Positions 38,676-50,651 are shown, counted from the stretch's first letter. The stretch: 64,000 bases of DNA from Alphaproteobacteria bacterium (GCA_963555825.3 CAUVXB020000001.1:256001-320000); one strand, 5' to 3'. Made by a program: numbers and translations. The notes: generated from the letters alone by a model not told the origin.

Positions 38676-41270
38676 TCATTCGTTGGGCGCGGCGCTCTTC
38701 GACCGTTTGCGCGCCGGGGCCTTCTTCTTGCCGCCCGAGGAGCGGCGCCGGCCGCTCGGCGCCTTGCCGCGCTCGGCGAGCTGGGCGACCGCCTCTTCGA
38801 GCGTGATCTTCTCGGCGTCGGCGTCCTTGGGCAGCGGCGCGTTGATGCCGTCGTGCTGCAGATAGGGTCCGTAGCGGCCCGACTTGACGGTGACCGGTTT
38901 GCCACCCGTCGGGTGTGGCCCGATCTCGCGCAGCGGCGCCCGCGCACCGCGGCCCTTGGCGCCCTCGGCGAGCAGCGCGACGGCGCGGTTGAGCCCGACG
39001 GTCATCAAGTCGTCGTCGGGCGGCAGCGAGACGAAGGCGTCGCCGTGCTTCAGATACGGCCCGCGCCGGCCGATGCCGGCGATGATCGGCTCGCCGGTCT
39101 CGGGATGCGCGCCGACGTTGCGCGGCAGTGCAAGCAGCGCGATCGCCACCTCGAGGTCGACGTCGTCGGGTGATTGGCCCTTGGGCAGCGACGAGCGTTT
39201 CGGCTTTTCGGCGCCCTTCTCGGCTTCGCCGAGCTGGACGTAATGACCGTACGGCCCCTTGCGCAGCGAGACCGCGAGGCCGGTCGCCGGGTCGTCGCCC
39301 AGCGCGCGTGGCCCATTGTCGGCGCCGTTGCCGCCGTTGGTGCCGCCGGCGAGCGGCCGCGTGAAGCGGCAGTCGGGGTAGTTGGCGCAGCCGACGAAGG
39401 CGCCGAACTTGCCGAGCTTGAGGCTGAGACGCCCGTCGGCGCAGGACGGGCAGGCGCGCGGGTCTTGGTCGGAGCCCTCTTCCGTGGCGAAGATGTGCGG
39501 TCCAAGAATATTGTCGAGCGCGTCGAGCACCTCGGCGACGCGCAGGTCGCCGATGTCGTCGACCGCGACCTTGAAGGCGGTCCAGAAGTCGCGCAGCACA
39601 TCCTTCCAGTCGAGCCGGCCGTTGGAAATCTCGTCGAGCTGGTCCTCGAGCTGAGCGGTGAAGTCGTACTCGACATAGCGGGCGAAAAAACTTTCCAGGA
39701 AGACGGTGACCAGCCGGCCGCGGTCCTCGGGCACGAAGCGCTTGTTGATCAGCTGCACGTAGTCGCGGTCCTGCAGCACCGTGATGATCGAGGCATAGGT
39801 CGAAGGCCGGCCAATGCCGAGTTCCTCGAGCCGCTTGACCAAGGTCGCTTCGGTGAAGCGCGGCAGCGGCTCGGTGAAATGCTGCGCCGGCTCGACGTCG
39901 TTTCGCGCTAGCCGCTCGCCCTCGTTGACGTTCGGCAGCACGCGGCCTTCCTCGTCGCCCTTGGTGGCGTCGTCGCGGCCCTCCCGATAGACCTTGAGAT
40001 AGCCGTCGAACGCAATCACGGACCCAGTCGCGCGCAGCACGACTTGGCGGTCGGGCGAGGCAATGTCGACGGCGACCTGATCGAGCACCGCCGGCATCAT
40101 CTGGCAGGCGACGGCGCGCTTCCAGATCAGCTCGTAGAGGCGGCGCTGGTCGTCGTCGAGAAGGCGCCCGATGTCGGCCGGTCGGCGGTCGAAGCCGGTC
40201 GGCCGGATCGCCTCGTGTGCCTCTTGGGCGTTCTTGGCGCGCGCGCGGAAGCGGCGCGCCTCGTCAGGCAGATAATCGGCGCCATAGTCGCGGCCGATCA
40301 TGGCGCGACAGGCGTTGAGAGCCTCGCCAGCCAGGTTGACGCTATCGGTCCGCATATAGGTGATAAGGCCCGTCGTCTCGCCGTTGAGCGAGACGCCCTC
40401 GTAGAGCCGCTGCGCCACCTGCATGGTGCGCTTGGCGCCGAAGCCGAGCTTGCGCGCCGCCTCCTGCTGCAGCGTCGAGGTGGTGAACGGCGGCGGCGGA
40501 TTGCGCCGCGCCTGCTTACGCTCGACCGTGGCGACGGCGAAGTCGCGGCCCTCGATGGCGGCGACCGCGGCCTCGGCGGCGGCCTGGTCGGGCAGGCCGA
40601 ACTTGTCGAGTTTATCGCCGTTCAAATGAGTCAGACGGGCGGTCAGCGGCGCGCCCGCTGGCGTGCCGAAATCCGCATCGACGGTCCAGTACTCGCGCGG
40701 CTTGAACGCCTCGATCTCGAGCTCGCGGTCGCAGATCAGGCGCAGCGCGACCGATTGTACGCGGCCCGCCGAGCGGCTGCCCGGCAGCTTGCGCCACAAG
40801 ACGGGCGACAGGGTGAAACCGACCAGGTAGTCGAGCGCGCGGCGCGCCTGCTGGGCGTTGACCAGATCCATGTCGATATCGCGCGGCGCGTCCATCGCCG
40901 CGCGGATCGCGTCGCGCGTAATTTCGTGGAATGCCACGCGCTTGACCTCGACGCCGTTGAGTGCCTTGCGCTGGGCGAGTTCCTCGACGACGTGCCACGA
41001 AATCGCCTCGCCCTCGCGGTCGGGGTCGGTGGCGAGAAAGAGCCGCTCGGATGCCTTGACCGCACGGGTGATGGCGGCCAGGTGCTTGGCCGCGCGTGGG
41101 TCGGTCTGGTAGATCACCGAGAAGCCGTCCTCGGGCTTGACCGAGCCGTCCTTGGCCGGCAGGTCGCGGACATGGCCATAGCTCGCCAGCACCGTGAAGC
41201 CCGGCCCGAGGTAGCGCTCGATCGTCCGCGCCTTGGCGGGAGACTCGACCACGACTACGTTTGCGGTCAT
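38676..41270 (-). CDS. topA: DNA topoisomerase I
   Basis: VVESPAKA, ATDPDREGE, SAGRVQS, ITYMRTDS, zinc ribbon and Topo C-terminal repeats. Confidence 0.98.
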   Translation of the reverse strand: MTANVVVVESPAKARTIERYLGPGFTVLASYGHVRDLPAKDGSVKPEDGFSVIYQTDPRAAKHLAAITRAVKASERLFLATDPDREGEAISWHVVEELAQRKALNGVEVKRVAFHEITRDAIRAAMDAPRDIDMDLVNAQQARRALDYLVGFTLSPVLWRKLPGSRSAGRVQSVALRLICDRELEIEAFKPREYWTVDADFGTPAGAPLTARLTHLNGDKLDKFGLPDQAAAEAAVAAIEGRDFAVATVERKQARRNPPPPFTTSTLQQEAARKLGFGAKRTMQVAQRLYEGVSLNGETTGLITYMRTDSVNLAGEALNACRAMIGRDYGADYLPDEARRFRARAKNAQEAHEAIRPTGFDRRPADIGRLLDDDQRRLYELIWKRAVACQMMPAVLDQVAVDIASPDRQVVLRATGSVIAFDGYLKVYREGRDDATKGDEEGRVLPNVNEGERLARNDVEPAQHFTEPLPRFTEATLVKRLEELGIGRPSTYASIITVLQDRDYVQLINKRFVPEDRGRLVTVFLESFFARYVEYDFTAQLEDQLDEISNGRLDWKDVLRDFWTAFKVAVDDIGDLRVAEVLDALDNILGPHIFATEEGSDQDPRACPSCADGRLSLKLGKFGAFVGCANYPDCRFTRPLAGGTNGGNGADNGPRALGDDPATGLAVSLRKGPYGHYVQLGEAEKGAEKPKRSSLPKGQSPDDVDLEVAIALLALPRNVGAHPETGEPIIAGIGRRGPYLKHGDAFVSLPPDDDLMTVGLNRAVALLAEGAKGRGARAPLREIGPHPTGGKPVTVKSGRYGPYLQHDGINAPLPKDADAEKITLEEAVAQLAERGKAPSGRRRSSGGKKKAPARKRSKSAAPNE

Positions 41271-41303
41271 ATACTCAACTCAATCCTGATCAAAAATCTA
41301 TGC

Positions 41304-42437
41304 CTAAGGTTCTCTTAGAATTAAGGAAACCTGGCCACCTGAGTGGCGGTCGAGACGCCCTGCGAGTTCGAGCTCGAGGAGCACCGTCAATACCACGGAC
41401 GGTGTTACTTGGCATTGCCGGATGATTTCGTCAACCGTCACCGGCGTCGGACCGAGCTTTTCGAGCACATCGCGGCGCGCCGCATCCAGCGTCGCCTCGT
41501 CGACCGTCGCTTGCGGCGGCGTACCGAACACCGGGCCAGCGGGTTCGGCGACCGGGCGACCAAAACCGCTTTCCAGGACCTCGACGACATCGGCCGCGCT
41601 CTCGGTCAGGATGGCGCCTTGGCGGATCAGGTTGTTGCTGCCGCGGCAGCGCGGATCGAGCGGCGACCCGGGCACGGCGAACACGTCACGGCCCTGCTCG
41701 CCGGCGAGCTGGGCGGTGATCAACGAGCCCGAGCGCTGCGCTGCCTCGATCACCACGGTACCGAGCGCGACGCCCGCGATGACGCGGTTGCGGCGCGGGA
41801 AGTGGCGGCCCTGAGGTACGGTGCCGGGCGGCATTTCGGCGATGACGACGCCGCCCTCGGCGATGCGCGCGTGCAAATCCTCGTTCTCGGGCGGATAGAC
41901 GACATCGATGCTGCCGGCGACGACCGCGACCGTGCCGGTGGCAAGCGCGCCCTCGTGGGCGTTGGTGTCGATGCCGCGCGCCAACCCCGAGGCGACGACA
42001 TAGTCGGCGGCGCCGAGGTCGCCGGCGATCTGGCGGGCGAAACGGTTGCCACTCGCCGACGCGTTGCGCGCGCCGACGACGGCGACGATGCGCTTGTTCA
42101 GGAGATGACCGTGGCCGATCATCGAAAGCAGCGGCGGCGGATCGGCGATCGCGGCAAGCGGCCGCGGATAGTCGGGCTCGCCGAGCGCGATCAAGCGGGC
42201 GCCCGCCGCCCGCAAGGCGTCGACCTCGCGCTCGGCGGCGGCGCGCGAGCCAATGCGCAAGCTGCCCCGCCGGCCGCCGCGCCTGGCCAGATCGGGCAAG
42301 GCCCGGAGCGCGTCCTCGGCCGAGCCGAAGTGGCGCATCAGATCGAAGAAGGTGATCGGCCCAACGTTCTCACTACGGATCAGGCGCAACCAGGCGAGCC
42401 GCTCGGCGTCGGTCAGCTCGCGCCCTGTCTGAGCCAT
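41304..42437 (-). CDS. dprA: DNA-processing protein DprA
   Basis: VGARNAS, SGLARGID, FPRRNR, SGSLITA, AVPGSPLDPR. Confidence 0.96.
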   Translation of the reverse strand: MAQTGRELTDAERLAWLRLIRSENVGPITFFDLMRHFGSAEDALRALPDLARRGGRRGSLRIGSRAAAEREVDALRAAGARLIALGEPDYPRPLAAIADPPPLLSMIGHGHLLNKRIVAVVGARNASASGNRFARQIAGDLGAADYVVASGLARGIDTNAHEGALATGTVAVVAGSIDVVYPPENEDLHARIAEGGVVIAEMPPGTVPQGRHFPRRNRVIAGVALGTVVIEAAQRSGSLITAQLAGEQGRDVFAVPGSPLDPRCRGSNNLIRQGAILTESAADVVEVLESGFGRPVAEPAGPVFGTPPQATVDEATLDAARRDVLEKLGPTPVTVDEIIRQCQVTPSVVLTVLLELELAGRLDRHSGGQVSLILREP

Positions 42438-42491
42438 TTACGAAACCTTTAGCAGAATATTAACGATAGGTAATCTCCCGATGAGAGATGA

Positions 42492-43112
42492 TCAACTCTT
42501 GCCAAATTTGATCCTGGGCTCTTCGCCCTTGACCAATCGCCGGATGTTGGCGGTGTGTCGGGCGATGACGATAACGGCCAGAAAGGCGACCAGCTCGACA
42601 CGCTGTACGTCGGCGAACCAATAGGCGTAAAACGGGCTGGCGGCGAGCGCCACGACGCCGGCGAGCGACGAGATGCGAAACACCAGCGCCGCCGCGAGCC
42701 AGGTCAGGCAGGCGGACACGCCGACCGGCCAAGCGATGGCAAGCAGCACGCCGAGCGTCGTCGCGACGCCCTTGCCGCCGTGAAACTTGAGCCACACCGG
42801 GAACAGATGGCCGATGACCGAGCAGGCCGCGGCGATCACCGCCATGTCGGGTCCGAACATCGGCCAGGCGACCAGCACGACGGCCGCGCCCTTGCCCGAA
42901 TCGAGGACCACCGTCAACGCGGCGAGCGGCTTGCTGCCGGTGCGCAGCACGTTGGTCGCGCCGATGTTGCCCGAGCCAATTTTGCGGATGTCGCCGTGGC
43001 CCGCCAGCCTGGTCAGCACCAGGCCGAACGGGATCGAGCCAATCAGATAGGCGATCACGCCGCCGAGGTAGAGCGGCCAGGTGTATTCCAATCCGCCGAG
43101 CGGGTCGGGCAT
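42492..43112 (-). CDS. plsY: Glycerol-3-phosphate acyltransferase PlsY
   Basis: YLIGSIPFG, GSGNIGATN, FHGGKGVAT, RHTANIRRL. Confidence 0.96.
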   Translation of the reverse strand: MPDPLGGLEYTWPLYLGGVIAYLIGSIPFGLVLTRLAGHGDIRKIGSGNIGATNVLRTGSKPLAALTVVLDSGKGAAVVLVAWPMFGPDMAVIAAACSVIGHLFPVWLKFHGGKGVATTLGVLLAIAWPVGVSACLTWLAAALVFRISSLAGVVALAASPFYAYWFADVQRVELVAFLAVIVIARHTANIRRLVKGEEPRIKFGKS

Positions 43113-43115
43113 GGC

Positions 43116-44450
43116 TCAGCCGTCGAACCGGTAGACCGTGCGGCCGCCGACCACTGTCCGAAGTGCGCGACCCTGCACCGGTCGCTCGTCGAACGGCGAG
43201 TTCTTCGATTTCGAGTGGAAGGCGTCGACCTCGATCCGCCACGGCGTATCGAGGTCGAAGACGACAAGGTCGGCGGGCGCGCCCACAGCCAACCGACCGA
43301 CCTCGAGCCCGAGCAGCTCGGCGGGGCGCACGGTCATCGCGCGCAGCAGGTCCAGGAGGCCCAGGTGGCCGTTGTGATAAAGCTCGAGCGACAGCGGCAG
43401 CATTGTCTCGAGCCCGACGATGCCGTTGGCCGCATGGGCGAAGGGCAGGCGCTTGCTGTCCTGGTCGTGCGGCGCGTGGTCGGTCGCGATGGCGTCGATG
43501 GTGCCGTCGATCAGCCCCTCGACGATCGCCGCGCGGCTCGTCTCGTCGCGCAGCGGCGGCGCCATCTTGGCGAAGGTGCGATAATCGCCTATCTCGGTCT
43601 CGTTGAGTGCGAAGTGGTGCGGCGCCGCCTCGCAGGTGACCGGCAGGCCGCGCGCCTTGGCGCTGCGCACCGCGTCGACCGCCTCGGCTGTCGAGATATG
43701 GGCGACGTGATAGCGCCCTTGCGTGATGCCGACCAGGGCGATGTCGCGTTCGACGATGACCGTTTCGCTCGCGTTGGGGATGCCGGGCAGGCCGAGCCGC
43801 ATCGAGCTCTCGCCCTCGTTCATGCAGCCCGAGCCCGAGAGGTGCCGGTCCTCGGCGTGCTGGATGATGAGCACGTCGAAGGCGGTCGAATAGCTCAGCG
43901 CGCGGCGCATGACGAGGCTGTTGGAGATCGGCAGCCCGTCGTCCGAGAAGGCGACCGCGCCGGCCTCGCTCAACAGACCCATCTCGGTCAGTTGCTCGCC
44001 GCCGAGGCCTTTGGTCACCGCGGCGATCGAGTGGACCCGGACGATCGAGGTCTCGCGCGCGCGGCGTTCGATGAACTCGACCAGCGCGATGTCGTCGATC
44101 GCCGGGTCGGTGTTGGGCATGCAGGCCATAGTGGTGACGCCGCCGACCGCGGCGGCGCGGCTGCCGGTCGCCAGCGTCTCCTTGTGCTCGTGTCCGGGCT
44201 CGCGCAAGTGCACGTGCATGTCGACCAGACCCGGCGCCAGGCAATGGCCACCGCAATCGACCGTGTCGGTGCCCTCGGGCACGCCGTCGGCGAACAGCCC
44301 AGGCCCCGCCTCGACGATGCGGCGTCCCTCGGTCAACAGCGCGCCCGGCGCGTCGAGGTCGCTCGCCGGGTCCAGGAGCCGTGCGTTGATGTAGGCGACG
44401 CGACCGGGCGGCGGGGCCTTGGGGTCGGGCTGGGCGAGGAATTCGGGCAT
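43116..44450 (-). CDS. pyrC: Dihydroorotase
   Basis: DMHVHLREPG, MPNT, ATDHAPH, SKNSPF; follows pyrB. Confidence 0.93.
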   Translation of the reverse strand: MPEFLAQPDPKAPPPGRVAYINARLLDPASDLDAPGALLTEGRRIVEAGPGLFADGVPEGTDTVDCGGHCLAPGLVDMHVHLREPGHEHKETLATGSRAAAVGGVTTMACMPNTDPAIDDIALVEFIERRARETSIVRVHSIAAVTKGLGGEQLTEMGLLSEAGAVAFSDDGLPISNSLVMRRALSYSTAFDVLIIQHAEDRHLSGSGCMNEGESSMRLGLPGIPNASETVIVERDIALVGITQGRYHVAHISTAEAVDAVRSAKARGLPVTCEAAPHHFALNETEIGDYRTFAKMAPPLRDETSRAAIVEGLIDGTIDAIATDHAPHDQDSKRLPFAHAANGIVGLETMLPLSLELYHNGHLGLLDLLRAMTVRPAELLGLEVGRLAVGAPADLVVFDLDTPWRIEVDAFHSKSKNSPFDERPVQGRALRTVVGGRTVYRFDG

Positions 44451-44458
44451 TGCCGGCG

Positions 44459-45424
44459 CTACTCGTTGTGGTGCGGGTCGTCGGTGCCCGAACCGAGCAT
44501 CTCGAGGCAGGCCTGGCGCACCGCGACGCCCATCTCGACCTGGTCGAGCACGACCGTGCGCGTGATGTCGTCGGCCAGCGCGCTGTCGATCTCGACGCCG
44601 CGGTTCATCGGCCCGGGGTGCATGATCAACGCGTCGTCCTTGGCCAGCGCGAGCTTGTCGTAATCGAGGCCGTAGAAGTGGAAATACTCGCGCACCGAAG
44701 GCACGTAGCTGCCCTTCATGCGCTCGGTCTGCAGCCTGAGCATCATGATGATGTCGCAGCCGGCCAGGGCCTTGCGCATGTCGGTGTAGACCTCGACGCC
44801 GAGCCGATCGACGGCGACCGGCAACAGCGTCGGCGGCGCGACGAGCCGGACGTGCGCGCCCATCGTCGTCAGGAGGTGGATGTTCGAGCGCGCCACGCGG
44901 CTGTGCAGGATATCGCCGCAGATCGCCACGGTCAGCCCGGCGATGTTGCCGCGCCGGCGGCGGATCGTCAGCGCGTCCAAGAGCGCCTGGGTCGGGTGTT
45001 CGTGGCTGCCGTCGCCGGCGTTGATGACCGCGCAGTTGACCTTTTCGGACAACAGCTTGACCGCGCCGCTCTCGGGGTGGCGCACGACCAGGACGTCGGG
45101 GTGCATGGCGTTCAGCGTCATCGCCGTGTCGATCAGCGTCTCGCCCTTCTTGATCGCCGAGTCCGCGACCGACATGTTGATGACATCGGCGCCGAGCCGC
45201 TTGCCGGCGAGCTCGAACGAGGTGCGCGTGCGCGTCGAGCTTTCGAAGAACAGGTTGATCTGGGTGCGGCCGCGCAGCACGGCGGTCTTCTTGTCGGCGC
45301 GCCGGTTGAGCGCGACGTAGCCGTTGGCGCGGTCGAGCAGCAGGGTGATTTCGCCGGGCGACAGCCCCTCGATACCGAGAAGATGGCGGTGAGGATATTC
45401 GGCTATCGACGGTGCGGCAGTCAT
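44459..45424 (-). CDS. pyrB: Aspartate carbamoyltransferase catalytic subunit
   Basis: [31 protein letters not shown]; ATG 45424. Confidence 0.97.
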   Translation of the reverse strand: MTAAPSIAEYPHRHLLGIEGLSPGEITLLLDRANGYVALNRRADKKTAVLRGRTQINLFFESSTRTRTSFELAGKRLGADVINMSVADSAIKKGETLIDTAMTLNAMHPDVLVVRHPESGAVKLLSEKVNCAVINAGDGSHEHPTQALLDALTIRRRRGNIAGLTVAICGDILHSRVARSNIHLLTTMGAHVRLVAPPTLLPVAVDRLGVEVYTDMRKALAGCDIIMMLRLQTERMKGSYVPSVREYFHFYGLDYDKLALAKDDALIMHPGPMNRGVEIDSALADDITRTVVLDQVEMGVAVRQACLEMLGSGTDDPHHNE

Positions 45425-45636
45425 TAAAACGTGGTTATACGCGGCCACGGGCCACGACGGCAAGCGGTGCGAACGAAGATCGTCGGTAGGTTCGAAGTTT
45501 TACGACGTCCGAGCGACCTTTTTGTGACCGAGGCATACGCCGCGGCAAATTCGTATTTCGAATTTAGAAGAGGTGGTTCAGCCGCGTTGGATCACACCGG
45601 CTTGATGCTATTCGTTGTACGTACTACATATAATTC

Positions 45637-45918
45637 ATGATCAAGGGCTTCAAGTCGAAGGTGACGGAGGTACTTTTCAACGGCAGAAAGACGGCGAAGC
45701 ATCTGCGACCGATTGCCGAGTTCGCGCTGCGCAAGTCGGATATGATCGACTTTGCCGAGGTTCTCGATGACCTCTGTGTCCCGCCGCGTAACCGGCTCGA
45801 AGCGCTCAAGGGCGACCGCCAGTGGCAGCACAGCATCCGCATCAACGACCGGTGGCGGGTCTGCTTCGTCTGGCGCGACGATGGCGCCGACGACGTAGAG
45901 ATTGTCGACTACCACTGA
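45637..45918 (+). CDS. higB: HigB/RelE-family toxin
   Basis: PPRNRLEALKGDRQWQHSIRINDRWRVCF...VEIVDYH. Confidence 0.9.
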   Translation: MIKGFKSKVTEVLFNGRKTAKHLRPIAEFALRKSDMIDFAEVLDDLCVPPRNRLEALKGDRQWQHSIRINDRWRVCFVWRDDGADDVEIVDYH

Positions 45919-45932
45919 TGAGGGAGAACGTC

Positions 45933-46220
45933 ATGCGCATTAGGACATCGCCGGGAGATATCCTGCGGGAGGAATTCATGAAGCCGCTCGGCCTGAGCGG
46001 AAACGAGCTCGCCCGGCAGCTCAAGGTGCCGGCAAACCGGATCAACGACATCGTGCGCGACCGTCGCGAGATCAGCGCCGACACCGCGCTGCGACTGGCG
46101 CGCTACTTCGGCACGACCGCGCGCTTCTGGCTCAATGCCCAGGCTGCCTACGCCCTATCCAAGGCCGAGGCGGAGGTCGGCGACAAGATCGCGTCGCAGG
46201 TGCGGCCGCGCGCGGCGTGA
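45933..46220 (+). CDS. higA: HigA antitoxin (XRE HTH)
   Basis: SPGDILREEF...ISADTALRLARYFGTTARFWLNAQ. Confidence 0.92.
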   Translation: MRIRTSPGDILREEFMKPLGLSGNELARQLKVPANRINDIVRDRREISADTALRLARYFGTTARFWLNAQAAYALSKAEAEVGDKIASQVRPRAA

Positions 46221-46357
46221 TGTGCGGCCCGGCCGCGTCGACCCGCGAAAGCAGATGAGTCTGCTCGTACGCCATAAGAGATGACGAAACTCTCTCGAAT
46301 CGACGTGAAGTGTAGGGAGCGGTTCGCCGTCTACCCAGGTCACGGGAGGGATCGGCC

Positions 46358-48691
46358 ATGAAGGCCACTGACGTCGCACTCGCCGTATTGGTCGCCGCGA
46401 TCTGGGGCTTCGCATTCGTGGCGACCAAGATCGGCCTCGAAAGCTTCACGCCGACGCAACTGACTGCGATTCGATTCCTCGTCGCCTGTCTGCCGATCTT
46501 GTTCGTTGCGCGGCCGAGCGTCTCGTGGATGTGGTTGATCGGTATCGGGCTGGTCCTGTTTGCCGGGCAGTTCCTGCTTCTTTTCTTCGGCATGGTGCAT
46601 GGCATGCCGCCGGGCATTGCGTCGGTGACGATGCAGACGCAGGCGTTTTTCACGATTCTGATCGCGGCTCTGATACTGCGCGATGTCCCTACCGCCAAGC
46701 AGCTCGTGGGCATCGGCATATCCTTTGTGGGTCTCGTCCTGATCGGTCTTAGCGTTGGCGCCGATCTCACCTATCTGGGTCTCGGACTGACCCTAGGAGG
46801 GGCTTTGAGCTGGGCTGTTGGCAATGTGCTCGTCAAACGCATCGGCAACGTCGACATGCTGTCGCTGGTGGTCTGGGCGAGTCTCGTCCCGCCACTGCCC
46901 GTGCTCGCGGTCTCGGCGTTGATCGACGATCAGGCATCGCTGGTCACGGCGGTGGCGAACGCATCCTGGATGAGCATTTGGTCAGCCCTCTACTTGGTGA
47001 GTCGGACCCGATTTCCTTGGACACAGAATTGGCTTAATCGAAGTGTCCAAGGAGGACCGGAACATGACCGACAATTTTGAGAACAAAGTTGCTGTTGATG
47101 GGCCTGTGGTAAACGAGGGCGAGCTTGGCTCGTCCACGTTTTCCCCGGGCCAGGTTTCGCCGGCAGGCCCGCTGGGACTTGGCCAGCGGTGGACGGTGAC
47201 GCGCAAGCGTGAGGTTGCCCTGCGGCTTTTGCGTGGCGAGCCGGTGGAACTTTTGTCGCGGCAGTTGGGCGTGGAGATTTTCCGGCTCGAGCAGTGGCGT
47301 GAGAAGGCGATCGCCGGGATCGATGCCTCGCTCAAGGAACGCAAGGGCGATCCGGTGAAGGCGGAACTGGACATCGCCATGAAGCGGATCGGGGAGTTGA
47401 TCATGCAGGTGGAACTGCTGGAGGCCAAGACGGAGACGTCCGGCCCTTTGGGGCGGCGGAGGTCGCGGCGATGAGTGCCGCCACCTCTCCCGGCACGGGT
47501 TTGGCCTACGGCCTCCAGCGGGTCTGTGCGGCCTGGGGTTTTGCCCGTTCCTCGTTCTACGCCATGAAATCCCGGCAGCAGGCCACCGCTGAGCGCCCAC
47601 CAGCAAAGCGCCGGGGACCGAAGCCCTCGATCTCGGACGAGGCTCTGCTGGTGGCCATCGAGGCCGACCTGGAGGCATCCCCCTGGGAGGGCGAGGGACA
47701 CCGCAAGGTCTGGGCTCGGCTTCGGGTCTGTCGTGGCATCCGTGTTTCCCGCAAGCGGGGGCTCCGGGTGATGCGCGAGAACAACCTGCTCTCGCCCCAT
47801 CGCTGCCGCCGCCGTGGCGGAAATCCCCATGTCGGTGAGATCATCACCCATGCCCCCAACCTCATGTGGGGCACGGACGGCGTTCGGGTGTTCACGGTGG
47901 ACGACGGCTGGGGCTGGATATTCACCGCCATCGAGCATTGGAACGCCGAGTGCGTCGGCTGGCATGTGTGCAAGCGAGGCGACCGCTTCGCCGCCCTTCA
48001 GCCGATCTCCATGGGGCTTGCGAGGCTGTATGCCTCGACCTCCGCCGGTGCGGCGCGGGGGCTGGCCTTGCGGATGGATCACGGCTCCCAGTATCTGTCG
48101 GACCACTTCACCAACCAGATCAAGTTCTGGGGCATCCAGCCGTCCTACGCCTTCGTCGAACAGCCCCAGACCAACGGCGTCGCCGAGAGGTTCAATCGCA
48201 CGCTCAAGGAACAGATCATCCATGGCCGCATCTACCGCAACATCGCGGAGCTGCGGAACGCCGTCCGCGGGTTCGTCGAACAGTACAATGCCCAGTGGAT
48301 CGTGGAGAAGAACGGCTACCTGAGCCCCGCTCAAGCTCGTCAGGCGTGGCACACCGCGATGTCACTCAGGCCCGCCGCATGAGACAAACTTGTGTCCAAG
48401 GAACCGGGTGCGATACAAGCCCTCTACTTGGGCCTCGTTGCAACGGTCTTCGCCTATGCAATTTGGGGAAAACTGTTGCGCGATTACTCGACGGCGCTCG
48501 TCGTGCCCTTTGCGCTCTTGGCGCCCTGCACCGGGGCGGTCTTCTCGGCGATCGTATTCGGCGAGCGGTTCGGCATGTTGCGATCCGCCGGCATGGGCCT
48601 GATCCTCATCGGTTTGGCACTGACCGTCGTCTCGCCGAAAACGCTCGCTTTCGTACGAGCCGCCGTTCGGCGTCGCCGGTCTGGCCATTAA
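46358..48691 (+). pseudogene. EamA/DMT transporter (299 aa rebuilt) interrupted by an IS
   Basis: AIWGFAFV...; joins in frame across the TSD: WSALYL|GLVATVFAYAIW. Confidence 0.9.
46998..48417 (+). mobile_element. IS3/IS481-like element, copy 3
   Basis: Same ends and ORFs as copy 1 (OrfA 47064-47474, OrfB 47471-48382); 14-bp TSD AGCCCTCTACTTGG at 46984-46997 and 48418-48431. Confidence 0.93.
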
Positions 48692-48692
48692 A

Positions 48693-48723
48693 GTCGGCGC
48701 CGGGCGGGGTTCGCCGCGCCGAC
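48693..48723. terminator. Hairpin between convergent gene ends
   Basis: GTCGGCGC...GCGCCGAC stem between the EamA stop and the duplicated TPP-gene stop. Confidence 0.4.
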
Positions 48724-48729
48724 ATCGGT

Positions 48730-48899
48730 CTCACATATACCGCCCATACGCCGCCGGATCGATGCGTGCGGCGATCAGGGTGAAGCGCTCGGCGGCGAGC
48801 GCGGCCTCGACCGCGGCGCGGGTCGCGTCGCGCGACTCGACGACGATGCCGTGGCCGCCCATCGCCTGGGCGAGCGCGACCCAGTCGGTCTCGACGAAG
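48730..48899 (-). repeat. Diverged duplicate of the last ~165 bp of the TPP-enzyme gene (59134-59303)
   Basis: Same sequence with scattered substitutions; encodes ETDWVALAQAMGGHG...DPAAYGRYM*. Confidence 0.93.
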
Positions 48900-49009
48900 A
48901 GGCCAGGTCGCGATGCAAACTGCCGGTTGAGGACAGAACTCGCCCGCGACCGCGATATTTGCTACTCTACCGGTGCCCCCAAGTGGTGATCCGGAGAAAT
49001 CACACTTAG

Positions 49010-50651
49010 CCGACATTCCCCATATACCATCCAAATTCGTGGAAATCGTAGCACTTTCCCACCGCCAAGGGAACTGTATCCCCTATGCAGCCATCCGATG
49101 GCATGATTTTGGTAATCGGCCCGCGCTTGGAAGGCCACTCGGTCATTTTTCTCGCCATCCAGACACACCTCTCCTGTCGCTTTCTCCTCGCCGTCGATTC
49201 CCTCGGCCTACGCCGGAGCGGGTCTTCGTCGCAGATCATCAATCAAGCTCAGGATTTTCCGGAACAGGTCCCTCGGCACCGCCACCTCAGCCAATTGGAA
49301 CGTAACGTAGCGGCCATGTCGGACAACCTTGGCCCCGATCTTCACCAGCTTGTCGCGCAACGTCGTCATCGACCAGTGCTCCACCTCCTTCGGCAAAGCC
49401 AGTGTCCTCATGAAGTTGCCCAGATTGTAGGCCAGGGCGTGAAGCTGGAGCCGAACGGCATTGTTGCGGAACTTGCGACATGACAGACGGGTCCAGTTGA
49501 TGGCGTTCTTGCCTTCCTTGATGTGCTGCTCCGCCGTGCCACGGTGATTATAGAACGCCACCACCCGCTTGGTAGGGCGCGACAGATTAGTGACGATGAA
49601 ACCGACGCGAGGAACCAGCTCGCCGGGGTGCCACTCCACTTTGGCCACGACACGGCGCTTCTTGTTCCACGATCCGGCCTGATAGCTGAAGCTGGCGTGG
49701 AAACGGCGAACATGGTCGGGCGGGCGACCGACAGGTCGCGTAAGCAGATGGGCAATGTTCCGCTGGAGAATCGCGTTCGCTTTGAGGCGGATGACGTAGA
49801 GTAATCCCTCGGCTTCGAGATATTCGTATATCTCCGGTGAGGCGAAGGCGGCATCGCCACGAAAATACAGCCGCACCTTCCTTTCCTTATAGCGCATCAC
49901 CACCGGCTCCAGAACATTCCGCCATCCGTCGGCACTGTGAACATTACCGGGGCGCAGGGAACATCTCTCCAAGTCGCCGAACTGGTTGAACAGGAATAGC
50001 GGATGCTAGCAGGTACAGCCGAAGTGACCATTGTACGCTGTTCCCTCTTGTTCGCCATGGGTCGGGCTGACGCTGCTGTCCATGTCGAGAATGATCATCT
50101 TCGGCGGATGGCGGTCATGAACCTTGTCGATCCACACCCCGTTCATGTCGACCAAGGCTTCAACGTTCTCGTCGGTGGCCAATAGCTCCGTCTCGAAGCG
50201 TCCCATCTGGCTGGTGGAAGCGGCCTGTCTTTCGATGGCCTTGCCGCCAACAATCCAGCGCATGGCGGGATCGCGTCCCAGACGGTCGGCGTCGTTCACA
50301 TCGTCATAGCCGCCAAGGCGCCCGAAAACGGACTGGCGAAACTGACCCGTCATGCCGTGCCATCCGTTCTTGCCGGTACGGCTATCCTGGAAAACACCCT
50401 CGGCCATCTCAGTCAGGCCGAGGGCATCGTCAAGCTCCCGGTAGGCGAGCAACCCGGCATCAGAGGTGATCTTGGAACCGTGGAATTCAAGCTTCAATCG
50501 ACGGTCAAAAACGACCCGAAGGCACCCCGGTTTCGATTCACCCATCGGGTGTGCCATATCCGCCGCTCCATGTATGCTACAACTTCATGATTCTTATAGC
50601 AGAATCGCCTTCTCGCCGCACTGAATATCGACGATACTTGGGAAATGCGGG
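49010..50651 (-). mobile_element. IS1380-family element with internal amber stop
   Basis: 1642 bp; 5-bp TSD CTTAG; TAG at 50006-50008 splits the transposase (49208-50557). Confidence 0.94.

Noticed and set aside
36306-45427. Long plus-strand ORFs opposite rnr, topA, dprA, pyrC and pyrB
   Set aside because: Typical antisense ORFs of high-GC coding DNA with no recognisable motifs
46221-46357. attC after higBA (TA cassette of the integron)
   Set aside because: No RYYYAAC...GTTRRRY pair with complementary arms found by eye; none seen after 36166 or 58666 either
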